From contig CATNEN010000003.1 of NCBI GenBank assembly GCA_950097015.1, positions 124,001-188,000 of the forward strand: DNA of 64,000 bases, written 5' to 3'. A program made the position numbers and the translations under genes. Below the pieces are notes generated by a model. The model did no database searches. It saw nothing but the letters and a program-made list of their open reading frames with translations, and had not been told where the DNA came from. This DNA is from Macrostomum hystrix. Lineage: Eukaryota; Animalia; Platyhelminthes. Below, one piece after another: positions 1-12,739 of this stretch (position 1 is its first letter; the number at the start of each line of letters is the position of its first letter).

Positions 1-1853
1 GCGATGCTACTTGCTACGAGCTGAGAAAAACATCAATTTAAAGCCATGATGAGAACTGTTGGAGTTTATAGATTCGACGTAAACCTATCTCTCGGAGGTC
101 TCATCGACCTGCCATTGACAGATTACACGGTCCATTTAATTCCTTCCTCATTAATTAAGCTTCCCCTCTGTTTGTCTCCACATCGCAATAAGAAAGGTAT
201 GTATTTATCTATATCTGCAAAAGAAATACTTTTGTTTATCTACGAGCGTATTTGTCTATATACTCCTATCTATTTATCTATAATGGATTTAGACAGGTCT
301 ATAGCAGAAAGAATCATTTCTAAGCTTTGTGTAAAATAGCTGAGAGCGTGTTGTCATAGATCTTCTTCACATTCTGTATGCTTTTATGCGGCGCAAGTAA
401 TAGTGAAAAAAGTGCGAGAGATAAGGAAAAAAGAAGAAATGCTAATGTAGAAAACGTGGTTGAAATTCGCTGACTGCAGTTAGAAGATAAAGGGGTGCCA
501 ATTTTGGCATTTGGATAACTTTCTCGGCATCTATTCAAAGAAATTCAGTTCCCCTATGCAGTGGCTAAATTTGGCAAAACGGGGCAAGTGGTGGCCCCGC
601 TAAAGCCCTTTAGCCTAGCAACCTTCGCCGATTAGTTTGATGAATTAATGCCACTGGCAAGTACTAGCCTTGTGGATATATTTTGCTGTGCAAACCCTAT
701 AGGGCCACCAATAAATATGCTTCTGTCCATAATTGAATAGAAGCTTGCAAGTGCATATTTCAGAGTTAACGAATTCTAGCAAGAAAGCGCAGCGATTTAA
801 CAGAGCTGGAAAGTTACACTCTAAGAGGCAATGCCCCACCCTTCACTGAGATTTGCCAGCCATAACCTCAACCTGAAACTGGTCGGTGGAATCAGCTGTT
901 GCCAGTGTAAATATCCCAAACTGACTTTAGCAAAAAGAAGACATTAGCAAGAAGCAGAAGAGGCAGAAACCAGATTGCTAATTAAAGAGGCCATTCAAGC
1001 ACTACGATTAGCTAGCACGCAAGCACTTATAGACTGGCACGCATGATACCCTTAAGGGCTAGCTGTGGTGCACTTCTGCCGAAATTGATTGAAATCGGTG
1101 CAGAGATGCACTTATACATACAGTTTCTGTCTTTTAGGTACTCATATGACTATGTTACCGGTTATTCCTTCCTCATTCTTCGAATCAGCTTACTCACTAA
1201 TCCGACTGGTCATTAAAGTTTGCTTCCTCTCCATTAAAGCTGTGACAGAGGTGCGCCTCTTCTTTTTGCTGACATAGAGTAAACAAACTGTGATGAATTC
1301 TGTGAAATAGAAATAGTGATATGTGAGAATTTTGGGCATCGGTTAATTGCAATGCTACTCGTCGTACGAGTGAACTTAAGCCTTAGTATAAGGGGTCCTA
1401 TAACTAGAACCTATTGTAGTCAGAGCAGAATGGAGTAGCCAGGACAGTCAGAGAAAGCTGTGCTTAATTCGTCAGAACTAAATATTGTTAACTGCGTAAA
1501 ATAAGCACAGAAAATTGAACGCACTTTTTTCTTCAGCAAGTACCTTTTGAGATAGAACGTCAGTGCTGTGGTGCCTAGTCCAAGTAGTTAAGTTAGTTGA
1601 GATAAAATAACTAGAGCTCACAATAATATTATCTCGCTCCACTAAAAAGCATTCTTCCACTTATAAAATGGCTAAACCAGCAAACTATCCCCTTACAGCT
1701 GTTTAAAGACTATCTGGGAGTTGTTAATATAGGAACCGTAGCCTGTGGAGCTGCTGAAATCTTAATCATTTTAGTTCTGCTGCGGCAGCGTTCTCTCGTA
1801 CGAGCGTACCACCGCCAGGTGAAGCTGCTGTCAGCACTGTTGTGGTCAAGGTT

Positions 1854-2150
1854 TCAAATACAGGGTTGTGCATGCACTGCAATGTCCACAATCGCTTTAA
1901 TAAAGGCAACATATGCGGAGCCTATGGAATATTGTCTCTGTGCAACAGATAAAGCTTCAAATATAATCTCAAAGGTTATGAGCATAGACACGAGTAGCAT
2001 ATACGAGAATATATTACTACTGGTAATTCTAGCAATACCATTTCCCAAACTAAACAGTGTCGCGTATGCAAAGTGCAGTGGAAAATAATTGGGAAAGAGC
2101 GTGCTTAATCTCGCCACCATTTCTCTTGCCACGCACTGGCTTCCATCCAA
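1854..2150 (-). pseudogene. Possible highly decayed hAT transposase fragment
   Basis: Frame-shifted remnants DG...(G)KRNG...LFPNYFPLHFAY resemble the hAT DGAxxMxGxxNGV...HCxAH segment; no TIRs found. Confidence 0.3.
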
Positions 2151-2992
2151 TCTATCCTATTCGATGACTGCGGATGTCCTCTGTCGTAGAGCATGCGTGT
2201 GTGAATATTCATTTTTTTAAAGCGACATCAGAGGTCGCGTCTAAGCTGTGCCTCCGTCTGCACCAGAGCAATTTTCCTCTGAATTCCAGGCCGACAAAAT
2301 TTCTTGATTTAATTCAATCGCAAGCCTAGCCAAGCTGGGGGTGGGGCTCTCGCCCGGAAGGTAAAGAAAAGCGGGCATGTGGGCGCTGGAGGAAAAACGT
2401 CACGGTCCGAGTGATTGATGGCTGGCTGGAGCGACTACGAGGTGTGTGAGATTGAAAGCAGGCGAGCTTCTTTCACGACAAAGACAGGGCAGGGGAGCCT
2501 AGTGTGGCCAAGAAGTAGTGCATTTTTACAAAATAAAACATCATTCCCTTTCCATCAACTTATAATTATTTTGTCAGAATATGAGATATTATTAGACTTC
2601 AATATCTGATACAGTCTAGCGTCAGCTGAAAAATGCGAACGTAAATTTCAAGGCTAATTAAGACTCTTTAATCATGAAATTTTCGTTTTACATTTTATTA
2701 TTACTTGCAGACTGGATATTATTATTGGTTCTTTTTTAATAAAAAATAAGATAAGAGCTCGTATAAGGCTTGACGAATTCGACGTAAGGCTAAACGGAGC
2801 CTGCTCTGGAAAAATTGATTAGAAGAGACAGGAAATTCGAGAGACAAATTATTCCCACCTCAGTCTTCTCATAGTATTCAAAATACTTCCACATACGAAT
2901 TATTGAGCTCATCAATTGTATTCTTCTGTGCCATTGAGTTTAAGAGTGACAACGTCTGAAAATCAATTCGGAAGAAAAAATCGAGAACTTGC

Positions 2993-3260
2993 CAGTGAGC
3001 AGCAGTGACAGGTCGCTGATTGCAAGACTAAATAGGTACAAATTCGTGATGGTGTGCAGACACTTTGTCCGTGCAATCACCACGCAGGTGCACAGGTTGC
3101 CACTAACGCCCAGCAGCAGGAGCAGTGAGTAGATGATGCCGAACGGTAGCTGGATCTGCCAGGACATGCGGCGCTGGCCTAAAGTGCGCTCCATCACAGA
3201 CTCCAGGTATCGTGAATCGGCCGCCATGCATGCGGAAAGTTTCTCACCAGGCAAGTTCAT
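2993..3260 (-). CDS. First coding exon of a class A neuropeptide GPCR (neuromedin U/pyrokinin/capa receptor-like); remaining exons not recognised in the window
   Basis: TM1-TM2 motifs IYSLLLLLGVSGNLCTCVVIA and TITNLYLFSLAISDL. Similarity stops at LLLTG, where a G|GCAAGT donor-like site lies (2992). Confidence 0.85.
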
Positions 3261-3866
3261 GCTTTCGACTTTACAGTCTTCTTAGCTCAGACAGTTCGAG
3301 TATGGCTCTTTTCTGGGAACCTTTGAAGGCTGTTGAGAAGACATTCAGTGAAGCGGGTTGGTGGTTAGAACGCTGCTGGATTTAAACGCTGCTGGAGGGT
3401 CTGTTAAGCGCAGCTAACCAATCGCACATTCTCTTGTTCTACTCTCCCTCAGTTGTCCAATGGCTACGAAGTAACTGATTTTGGGTCTATAGGATTTGAA
3501 GGTGAGAGTGGCCACGTGATTGGTTCGGCGCCTCAGAAGCCTCGAAATTTGTTTTGGGAGAAGTGCTTTTATTTGTTTACAAAAAAGTTTAAATACACGA
3601 ATTAAACTTGGTTTTTTGTCACTTGTAAGAATGTCACCTATGAAATAATAATGAGGATAACCAAAGTGAAAACGAAAATAAATGAGCAACATGATAATTC
3701 AGGGTAAAAGAATGCTTCTGCATTCTGCTTCTGCATGTAAAGTTTTGTACATGACTTTTAAAAAATAAAATAGAGTAAGCATTGTTTTCTACTAAAGCTT
3801 TGAAAAAATAGCAAATAATAATTACCATATTAATTCATTAATACTTACTTTCAAAAGGAACCGAAG

Positions 3867-4102
3867 TGTTGTAAATGCGGCTTGCATGCCGCCTTAGTGT
3901 GCGCGTGGCGCGTTTTGATTGGCTGGGGGGGTCGGTCCATCCGAACCGGTCTAGGCCGGGACGGGGGGTTGTTGTTTTCTCTGACCTGGCTAAAATATAT
4001 ACGAGCGTATTAGTGCGCACAGGCCTTTGGAGGGCTCGCGTTTTCCAACCTTCTAACCCAGTGCTCCGTTCTTCATTTGGCCACGCTGCCTCACATACAA
4101 CA
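3867..4102 (+). repeat. 5' LTR (236 bp)
   Basis: TGTTGTA...TACAACA; direct repeat of 6798-7024 with about 5 substitutions and 2 indels. Confidence 0.95.
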
Positions 4103-6698
4103 TGGCGACGAGCCTGAGCATTTCCGAGCCACGCGTGTTTCTCGCCCACCCAGGACAGCCACACACGCCTTGGAATCGTTGGATCGAAGGATTCAAGATC
4201 TACCTGGAGGCCTTGGACCTTAACGAAGCATCGGACGCACGCAAGAAGGAGATTCTCATCCATCTGCTTGGCGAGGAGGGCCAGCGAATCTACACGCTGA
4301 GGAATCTGCCAACGGCAAACGTCGACACCTTCGACAAGCTGGTGAAAGAGCTGAAGACGATCTTCGGCCAGTCGCATAGCACCATCAGCAACCGCTACAG
4401 ATTCAAATCACGCGCGCAGATGCCTGGCGAGCCGATCAGCCGGTTCGTTGACGCCCTTCGCGAACTCGCAGCAGACTGCGAATACGGCGCTCTTCAAGAC
4501 CAGATGATCAGGGACCAGATCATCGAGAAGACCCATTCGCATCAGAGAGCGACTGCTCATGGAGAAGGTGCTCGAGCTGTAGACAGCCACAGCCCTAGCG
4601 ATTCAAGTTGAATCCGCCATCAACGACGCCAAGAACCTGCGCGACGGCAAGAACGACAAGGAGTTGGAGTCCCGCATCCAGAAGATCAGCCAGCGTCCGC
4701 CACGCAAGGGACCCAAGCATGCGATGCTGCAGAAATCTAGCTCGGACGCGCGATGTGGCAACTGCGGAATGGCTGGGCACGCCGCCCGCGCCCTTGAGTG
4801 TCCAGCGAAGGACAAGTCCTGCCTGCACTGCCACCGGGTCGGTCATTTTAAGTCATGTTGCCGACAGCGACGTAAGGTCCGCACCGTCAAGGATGACGAC
4901 GATGACAATGAACCATTCGAGGTGTCTGCAGTTCAGGGTGACGCATCTCTTTTAAGCTTTGTAAACTGCAGCATCGCCGAAATCGACGTCAAACTCTTGT
5001 TGGACACTGGCTCAAGGGTCAACATCATCAACGAGAAGACCGTAAAGCGACTTCCGAAGCAACTTGTCATCACGCCGACCCACAAGCAGCTGTTCTCCTA
5101 CACCGGATCAGCAATCGAGGTTCTTGGGACGGCCGAGCTGCGCGTCGCGCACCATGGCAAGTCTGCAGTCTGCCGATTCTTCATCACTCGACGAAGGTGC
5201 CAACATCCTTGGTATCGACGGCATGGAAAAGCTGGGTTTCTCGATCCGAGTCAACACGATCAGCAGCGTCGAGGACATCGCAGAGGAGTTCCCACGCATC
5301 TTCAACGGCATCGGCATGGCCAAGAAGTTCTGCCACAGGCCGCTGCTGCGCCAGGATGCGACGCCAACGGTCGAGCCGCTGCGCCGGGTGCCACTTGCGC
5401 TGCAGGACCGCGTGAAGGACGAACTGAACAAGATGAAGGCCGCAGGTATCATAGAGAAGATCGACGCGTCTCCTTGGGTGTCGAACTTGGTCGTCTCCAA
5501 GAAGAAGAACGGCGACCTGCGACTCGGCGTCGACCTGCGAAACTGCAACCAGGCCATCAACCCAGACAAGTTCCCCGTGCCAACGCAGGAGGAGCTGGCC
5601 GCCGAGTTCGCGGGCGCCCAGGTGTTCACCAAGCTGGACCTGAAGCAGAGCTACCTTCAAATCCCGCTGCACCCAGGCAGCAGGCAGCTGACTGCGTTCA
5701 TCACTCACTGTGGTCTCTACCAGTTCACGAGAGTCCCATTCGGCATGTCCAGTTCCGGCGCCTGCTTCCAGAAAATCCTGTCAACGATCCTGGCCGACAT
5801 CAAGGGTGTCCGACACTCGGTGGACGACATCGTCATTCACGGCGTCAACTCCGATGAGCACAACGAGCGACTCCTAGCGGTACTCCAACGACTGAGCGAC
5901 AACGGGTTGACGTTGAACAGGGAGAAGTGTCAGATCGGCGTCCCGGAGATCATCTTCCTGGGCTGCAGGATCTCTGCCGACGGAGTTCGACCGTCCAAAT
6001 CCAATGTCGAGGACGTGCTCAGCATCCCGGCACCGACAACAGCACGAGCCGTTTCTTCGTTCCTGGCAACCGTCAACTACTTAGCTAAGTTCATCCCCGA
6101 CTTCGAAAAGACTGCGAGGCCGCTGCGAGAGCTGCTCAAGAAAGACTCCGTTTTCCGCTGGACGGCGAATGCGACCACGGGCCTGATGCCTGCCGAGCTG
6201 ATGATCAACCGGCCGCTCCGAGGTCCACTCAACCAGTGGAGCCAAGGCATCCGCCAGCCGACATCGAAAGCTACATCAGCGGAGGCCACAGAGCGGCGAG
6301 TCCAAGCCAACAAGGAGAAGGCCAGGCTAGCCACCGATCGTCGTCGAGGCGCCCGACCTTCACGACTGCAGGCTGGCGACACCGTGCGCGTTCGCCGGCC
6401 ACAGACTGCTCACAAGCTGGCGACACGGCTAGGCGACGTTCGGCAAATCACTCGGCGGCTGGGCCCCGAGTCCTGGCTGCTCGACGACGGCTCGCGATGG
6501 CACTCCGATAACCTGGTCAGCGTCCCCAGTGCACCAGCGGCGGAAAATGGTGCGGCCGACGTTGGACTCGGCGCACTGATGGCGATACCATGGCCAGAGC
6601 CACCGGTGAGGCTGCCGGCGGGCAACGAGACGCCGCTGCCACAGCCCAGGCGGGGCAGCCGGATCCGGAGACCACCTAATCGGTTCAGCCCGAGTTGA
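4102..6698 (+). pseudogene. Disrupted gag-pol (frameshifts near 4540 and 5185, one in-frame stop, RNase H and most of integrase deleted)
   Basis: ORFs 4102-4611 (gag), 4664-about 5185 (CCHC x2 + protease), about 5185-6698 (RT fused at FRWT|ANATTG to the integrase C-terminus). Confidence 0.9.
4103..4112 (+). promoter_or_regulatory. Primer-binding site, probably tRNA-Ser(GCT)
   Basis: TGGCGACGAG directly after the LTR is complementary to the ...CTCGTCGCCA 3' end of metazoan tRNA-Ser(GCT). Confidence 0.7.
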
Positions 6699-6785
6699 TG
6701 TGCAGTTTGCTTGGAATGAACTGTTGAACTTTGCGCACCAGTGGACTGTTGTTTTCCCCCATGCGTTAATCCCCTTTTCCTTTTC

Positions 6786-6797
6786 GAAGGGGGGTGA
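6786..6797 (+). promoter_or_regulatory. Polypurine tract
   Basis: GAAGGGGGGTGA immediately before the 3' LTR. Confidence 0.8.
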
Positions 6798-7024
6798 TGT
6801 TGTATATGCGGCTTGCATGCCGCCTTAGAGTGCGCGTGGCGCGTTTTGATTGGCTGGGTGGGTCGGTCCATCCGAACCGGTCTAGGCCGGGACGGGGGGT
6901 TGTTGTTTACTCTGACTGGCTAAAATATATATTAGTGCGCACAGGCCTTTGGAGGGCTCGCGTTTTCCAACCTTCTAACCCAGTGCTCCGTTCTTCATTT
7001 GGCCATGCTGCCTCACATACAACA
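6798..7024 (+). repeat. 3' LTR (227 bp)
   Basis: Direct repeat of 3867-4102. Confidence 0.95.
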
Positions 7025-7540
7025 AGAAGTATACCGTCAAGCTAATTCTACTAGTCTGTAGTTTATTAAAAAAATTTCTAAGAAACGTAGTTTCCCGTCT
7101 TTCTACTCCTAGTGATCCTTGTTCCCTATACATGATTATGCCATTCTCTCTACGATTCCTAGATTCGCTGATTAATTTTCGGTGTAATGATGGCTCGGCA
7201 TTCTGCAAAGTATAGAATTTAATAATGTCGTGCAAAAGCGAAAGCTCTGCACCATAAGTAAGTGAAATTGTGGAGCAGAGTCCTGAGCTTGCCCGGAAAT
7301 TGAGTTTGCACAGAAAAGCACTAGCAGTTCAACAAGACTGCCAACTCAAAAGAATGGCATCGAAAGTGTTTATTACCCAGGTTTATGGCTAAATATGGGC
7401 TGATATTTAGCCAGATTTCTTTTCTGTGTGCATGTTTAGGAAATCGGTAGAAGGTGTCCTAAACAAACATAAAAAATGTTAACGAAGGACCTGCTCTATA
7501 TAAAAAAATAGTTTATTTATTTAGCTCGTAGACAAGCGTA

Positions 7541-7599
7541 CTTAAAATACGATCAAGAGTCTTAAAATACGATCAAGAGTCTTTAAATACGATCAAGAG
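7541..7599. repeat. 20-bp tandem repeat x3
   Basis: CTTAAAATACGATCAAGAGT repeated three times. Confidence 0.9.
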
Positions 7600-9358
7600 G
7601 CACCAAATTTTTCGTTAATTATCAGGCAATTAATAGTTCACCACCACGAGCTGCGATCGTTTGTAATTTGTAATCTGCCAGATAGATTATAGCAATGCGA
7701 GTAGAGGGGATAGATATGCACTAATGTGTACTCCTATGTGTACGAGATATGTACTAGTTTTTTCATAGGAGGCTAACCAAGTTATTTATATTTCCAAAAT
7801 TTTAAAACGGTGGCAATTGATGCGTTGCGATATTTTTATCTCATGTGATGTCATGAAACTTTTGAACGAAGACATGAGCTAGTAAGTTTAACGACAGCAT
7901 CGCTATATATTCAACAATGCGACCGTTTTTTTGCTGCTTCGCTAATGCAATACGTATAGGTTAACTATTTGTCTTTTTGGAAATGAACAGCAGAGGAAAT
8001 CGAGAGGGATTAGGAGACCAGCACGTATTGGTGCTCGCAAGCAGCAGCTGTTACTGGCAATGGCTTGCGCATTCCGCTTGTTTTTGGAATGTTGGACCAA
8101 ACATTATTTTCGTTCTGCTTATCAACCTTAACCTTCACCTCTGTTGGTTTCTTGAAGTAAGCAGGCCTTTCTGGTTATTGGACTGCTTTACTTTTTGTGG
8201 GCAAGTAATATCACAGCAAACGTACGAGTAAATTCTTTAAGAACGACAACAAGCAACATGTTAGATTTGATCCATAATTTATTGTTGGATGATCGTGCTG
8301 AAGGGTGGCTAATATTTTTTGGTGGCCTTAATGGCATGGTAAAATACTTACTGGGATAAATTGCATTATATTGTAGCACTTTTTCTGAAGAATAACAGGT
8401 AGGTTTTATTACAATGCTGACGAAGCTATTTAAATGTATTGCTTTCAGTAGTCAGTTTGTTTAGTACACGTTTCTATCCATTCTACTGCCGTGCGATTCA
8501 TATCGCCTCTTTCTCATTCTCGAGTGTTCGTCTTTTCAAGGATTGCCAAGTTTTTATAGCTCGTAGTCAAACTGTCCAGTATTATTACTATTAATTATTA
8601 ATAAAACGCGCACGCCATTCATCGCTGCTGATTTTTTTCTTTCATTTATTTTCTGACAATAGTTGACTCGACAAAAACAAAAAAGCGAAGTTTTGTAAGA
8701 ATCAACGATTGAGCTGGGAAGGGAAAAGCAAAGGTGTTAAAAATAAAAGCAGCAAAAACACAAGGGACACCAGGAAAAAGTATATCTTTAAATGTTAATA
8801 GCTTCAGGGCAGCTGTTTCCTTATTTTAGAGATTTCTGTTATGTACTTTGCTAAAGCTTCAGTGGTTTCTCTATCGTCTTGTGCCATTATGTAGTTAGAT
8901 TTCTCTTCTGCTGTTAAGGATGCGAAATTGGGAGTTTTCCCAGAAATGTTATTTTCAAAATTCTAACGTGCAGTGCTATACATATTCCAACTGCACTTAA
9001 ATAGGAAGTGGACCTCGTTTTCAACTTCCGTTTTGAACTTCCTACATAATATATTCTCATACGGAATTTTTGGTCTCGCAGTTCGCAATGTTTCGCAAGC
9101 TATAGCTTATGGTTTCCTTGTCTAAACGAGGATATGGCACGTCTCAACTCCGGTTGTATATTTGTTGTAAATATTTTTCGGCTGAATAAAACTGCTTAAA
9201 GGAGTAATAGAAGTGACTTAGCTTGCTTCAGTTCTATGTCCTTTGTCTTCAACGGGTATCGAACTAAGAAACGAATTTTTTCCTGTGGTCTCTATAGTTG
9301 CTTTTGCAGGACTAATGCCTCTGCAGTTCAGCATAACCTCATTGTTGATCCTTGCTTT

Positions 9359-10631
9359 TCCTCCCGCTTGATATCTTTATCCGCGGTGAGGCGGCAAAAA
9401 CCGCCCGGCGTCTCCTTGATGCCGGTGTGCGCTTCGTCCCCCAACGAGCGGCAGCGAAACGAAAGCTCCTGCCGCACACGGACCTTTGCCTGAGAGATTT
9501 GGGCGCGAGCAATGGAATCAATGTCCTCACGGACGGTGAACCGTGCACGCTCAACCTCTTTCAGCGCTTCAAAGTTCTCATCCCCACCAGGGACCAAGCT
9601 AGCGACCACTGGAACACTCAGGAGGTCCACTGCTACACGGACGGATCCATGAAGGATGGCTCCGCTGGCTTCGGGGTCTGCATCCTAATCAACGGACGTG
9701 TTGTCGCCACACACGCCCAACACACTGGAAACTCCTCGAGCGTTTTCCAGAACGAGGTCCTGGCCATCAGCTCCTGCGCTGCGGAGTTGAATGAGAAAAA
9801 CATCTCAGGCAGGACTATAATCTTTCATTCGGACAGTCAGGCTGCTCTGCAAGCCCTCTGTCACACCACCACAACCTCCCGGACAGTCTCCGACTGTGTC
9901 CGGCAGCTCAATAACCTGGCCGGTAAGAATACCGTCAGACTTCAGTGGATACCAGGGCATGCCGGCTTCCCTGGAAACGAGCTTGCTGACTACCTGGCCA
10001 AGCAGGGAGGCGCCAGCTCTGCGCCGGGCCCCTCCCCCCTGGCTCCGATTCCGAACACCGTCATCTATCGTCAGATCAATGACTGGACCGCCAACCTCCA
10101 TCTTACCCGGTGGAGAAGCACCACTAACTGCCGCCAATCCAAAGCGGCAGTTTCAGTGCCATCCACTCGGCTCCGGAAGGTCCTTCTAAGCCAGACCCGG
10201 AAGGACATCCGGGCCCTCACCATGACCCTCACGGGCCATGGCTGCTACGCCAGACACTGTTTCCTCTGTGGAGACCTCCGGAGTGAGCTGTGCCCGTTCT
10301 GCAACCTTGAGAACGAGGATGCCCTGCACTTCGTCTGTCACTGCCCTTTCTTCACCAGAGAGAGGCTTAATTACCTCGGTCCAAACCCATCCATGGACGA
10401 TGTTTGCAGATCCGAGAACATCCCGCGGCTCGTCCGGTTCCTAAGGGCTACCAGACGAGCCTCTTTCTTCCCCAGCGAGGAACAAGCTGCAGGAAGGACC
10501 GAACACGGACCTCCCTGACTGGCCCCGCGCTATCGGCCGACTGCGGGTCTTTCAGGGATTAGCGGAATGGGCGACTCCCGCCTCCCCGCTGTGTCCATCG
10601 GACCGCCCTGCAGATAAGTCAAGTAAGTCAA
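9359..10631 (+). mobile_element. 5'-truncated RNase H-encoding non-LTR retrotransposon (LOA/Lian-like)
   Basis: RNase H motifs CYTDGS, VFQNE, SDSQAAL, WIPGHAGFPGNELAD; CPFC...HFVCHC; TAAG-type tail; 12-bp TSD GATCCTTGCTTT (9347-9358 and 10632-10643). Confidence 0.93.
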
Positions 10632-12739
10632 GATCCTTGCTTTGATTTCAACATAAATGTATGTTTGGTCCGCTAATAACTTAAAAATTATGGAGTCCGG
10701 ACGGCTTGTTATGGAGGCCCAGTATGAAATGCTTCTTTTCTGGATGTTGTACGAGTATAATAAGGGCAAATCTGCCTAACTCTGAGCGGGCCCCGTTGCT
10801 ATCTGTATTTTGGCTGACTTGTAGTATGGCTTTACAGCACCTGATGTTTACCCTTTCAAAAAGACAGAGGTCCCAAGGACCCAGGTTCCACGAGACAAAA
10901 GCCCCCAGGCCTCGGAGGTGTACAGAGCTATGCTTTCTATCATTGCTGTGCAGTACAACATGAGCTGATTGTATCTGATCGCCCCATGGCTAGCTAATTT
11001 CCTTAAGTGAAGAATAGGGTATCCACATTTTTTGTTAATCTCTGTGGCATGGGAATCTACGGTTTCTTTAGCTTTGATGTGAAAGCCTAGATATTTTCAT
11101 TCTTTGACACTATCTAACAGTTGTCCCTGCAGAAATAGTTTGTTAGCCGTCTTTGATGGGTCAGGGCAGCAGCTAATAACCTTAGTTTTTTGCATATTGA
11201 TTTCTAGCTTGTGGCTCTGACAAAATTCTGACAATTTATCGAGGCCCTTCTGCAGCTCTTCTGGATTCTCTCCAAAGATCACTAGATCATCGCAGTACAG
11301 CAAGTTGTTGATTTGTTCATCCTTAATAAAGGTGTCGCTGCGAAATGAATCCCTTAGCCTTGTACTCAAAGGATCTATATAGAGTGAGAAGAGTAGAGGG
11401 GATAGGGGACAGCCTTGTCTTACTCCATTTGTTATGTTTCTTGCCTTAGTTTCATGGCCATCTGAGACCTTCAGTTAAAATTTAGCTCCTGCATGAGTAC
11501 ATGCTTTGTATTGCTTTGATTATTTCTGGGCTGACCTTCCTCCCTAAGTCGTTGGAAAAGTGTTGGCTGGTGGACCATATCAAATGCGCTTTTTAAGTCA
11601 CAGAATACTAAGTGAAATGGTCTTTTGCGACGCTTTTTGCTGTGGGTCAACGTCAAGAGAGTGGCAATGTGGTCTGAAGTTCGGTAGCCCTTTCTATTTC
11701 CTATTTGGCTGACTGAAAGCAAGTCGAGGGTGCGAATATGAGTTTCTAGCTTTTCAGTGAGGCAAACAGGCGAACCAGGGCAGGTAGCATGCTTATGGGT
11801 CTATAGTTTTTTGCGTCACTATACGGGATCCCTTTTAAAAAATCGGTGTGATTAAGGCATTTGCCCACTGCAGGAGTTTGGCCGAGTCTTACGCTTGCGT
11901 TAAATAGCTTTAAGAAGTACGGGTTTTAGCATCACTTGTCCGTAGATAATGAGCTCATTTGTTATACCATCTATTCCTGCAGCCTTTTTTCTCTTTAGCT
12001 TTTTAACTGCTCTATCGAGATCTACACAGCTAATTAAATCTTCGGGACTAACTGCTTCATCTGTGCGATGCAGCTGGGTTCCCGAAGAAGAATATGCGTT
12101 AAACACTTTGGTTAGGTTGTCCGCGATGTCAGCGATTGGGGCTTGAGATCTGTTAGTCGCTTGCTGGAGAACAGCAACTCTTCTGCTCTTCTAAGACCGG
12201 ACCAGAATCCCTTTGAGGTTCCAGAAGCCGCCATTTTCTGAATGCAGTCATTTATGTTCATCTGCTCAAGTTTCTTGAGCTCATGACGTTTGTATATTTT
12301 TTCTATTCTGATACCAGTGCACTCTCAGTTGGTCTACGTCTTTTTTTCCTGGCCACGTACTTTAATGATTTGCTCAAGTTTCTTAGTGTCTCATCTCAAT
12401 TTGTCCAGAACTTATTCGGAACGATTGTCTTTGCGCAGCTTTCTAGCTGCCGCTGAGTCTCTAAGCAGGTTGGTAAAGCTCGAAGACAAATTTTCCAGGG
12501 ATTTTCCATCGTGTGCGTCAATAGATAGCAACTTTCTAATTATTTCTTCGCTTTGTTTGTTATTCAATGCCTCAATGTAACTTCCCTGCTTTTCAGTGTC
12601 CCATCTTGGAGGCATTGGGAAGGATTCATTTTTTCCTGGTGTGCGTGTTCTAGTTGGACATGATCAGGAAAAATCTGAGTGACTGTTTGTGGGCAATGTC
12701 TGGACAGAAAGCTTTGAGGATGAATAAAGAATTATTTTA

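Larger units (their letters stand above)
3867..7024 (+). mobile_element. Ty3/gypsy LTR retrotransposon (Mag-like), internally deleted and non-autonomous
   Basis: Two TG...CA LTRs, imperfect 5-bp TSD CGAAG/AGAAG, PBS and PPT; gag with two CCHC knuckles, protease LLDTGS, RT with HSVDD box. Confidence 0.95.
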
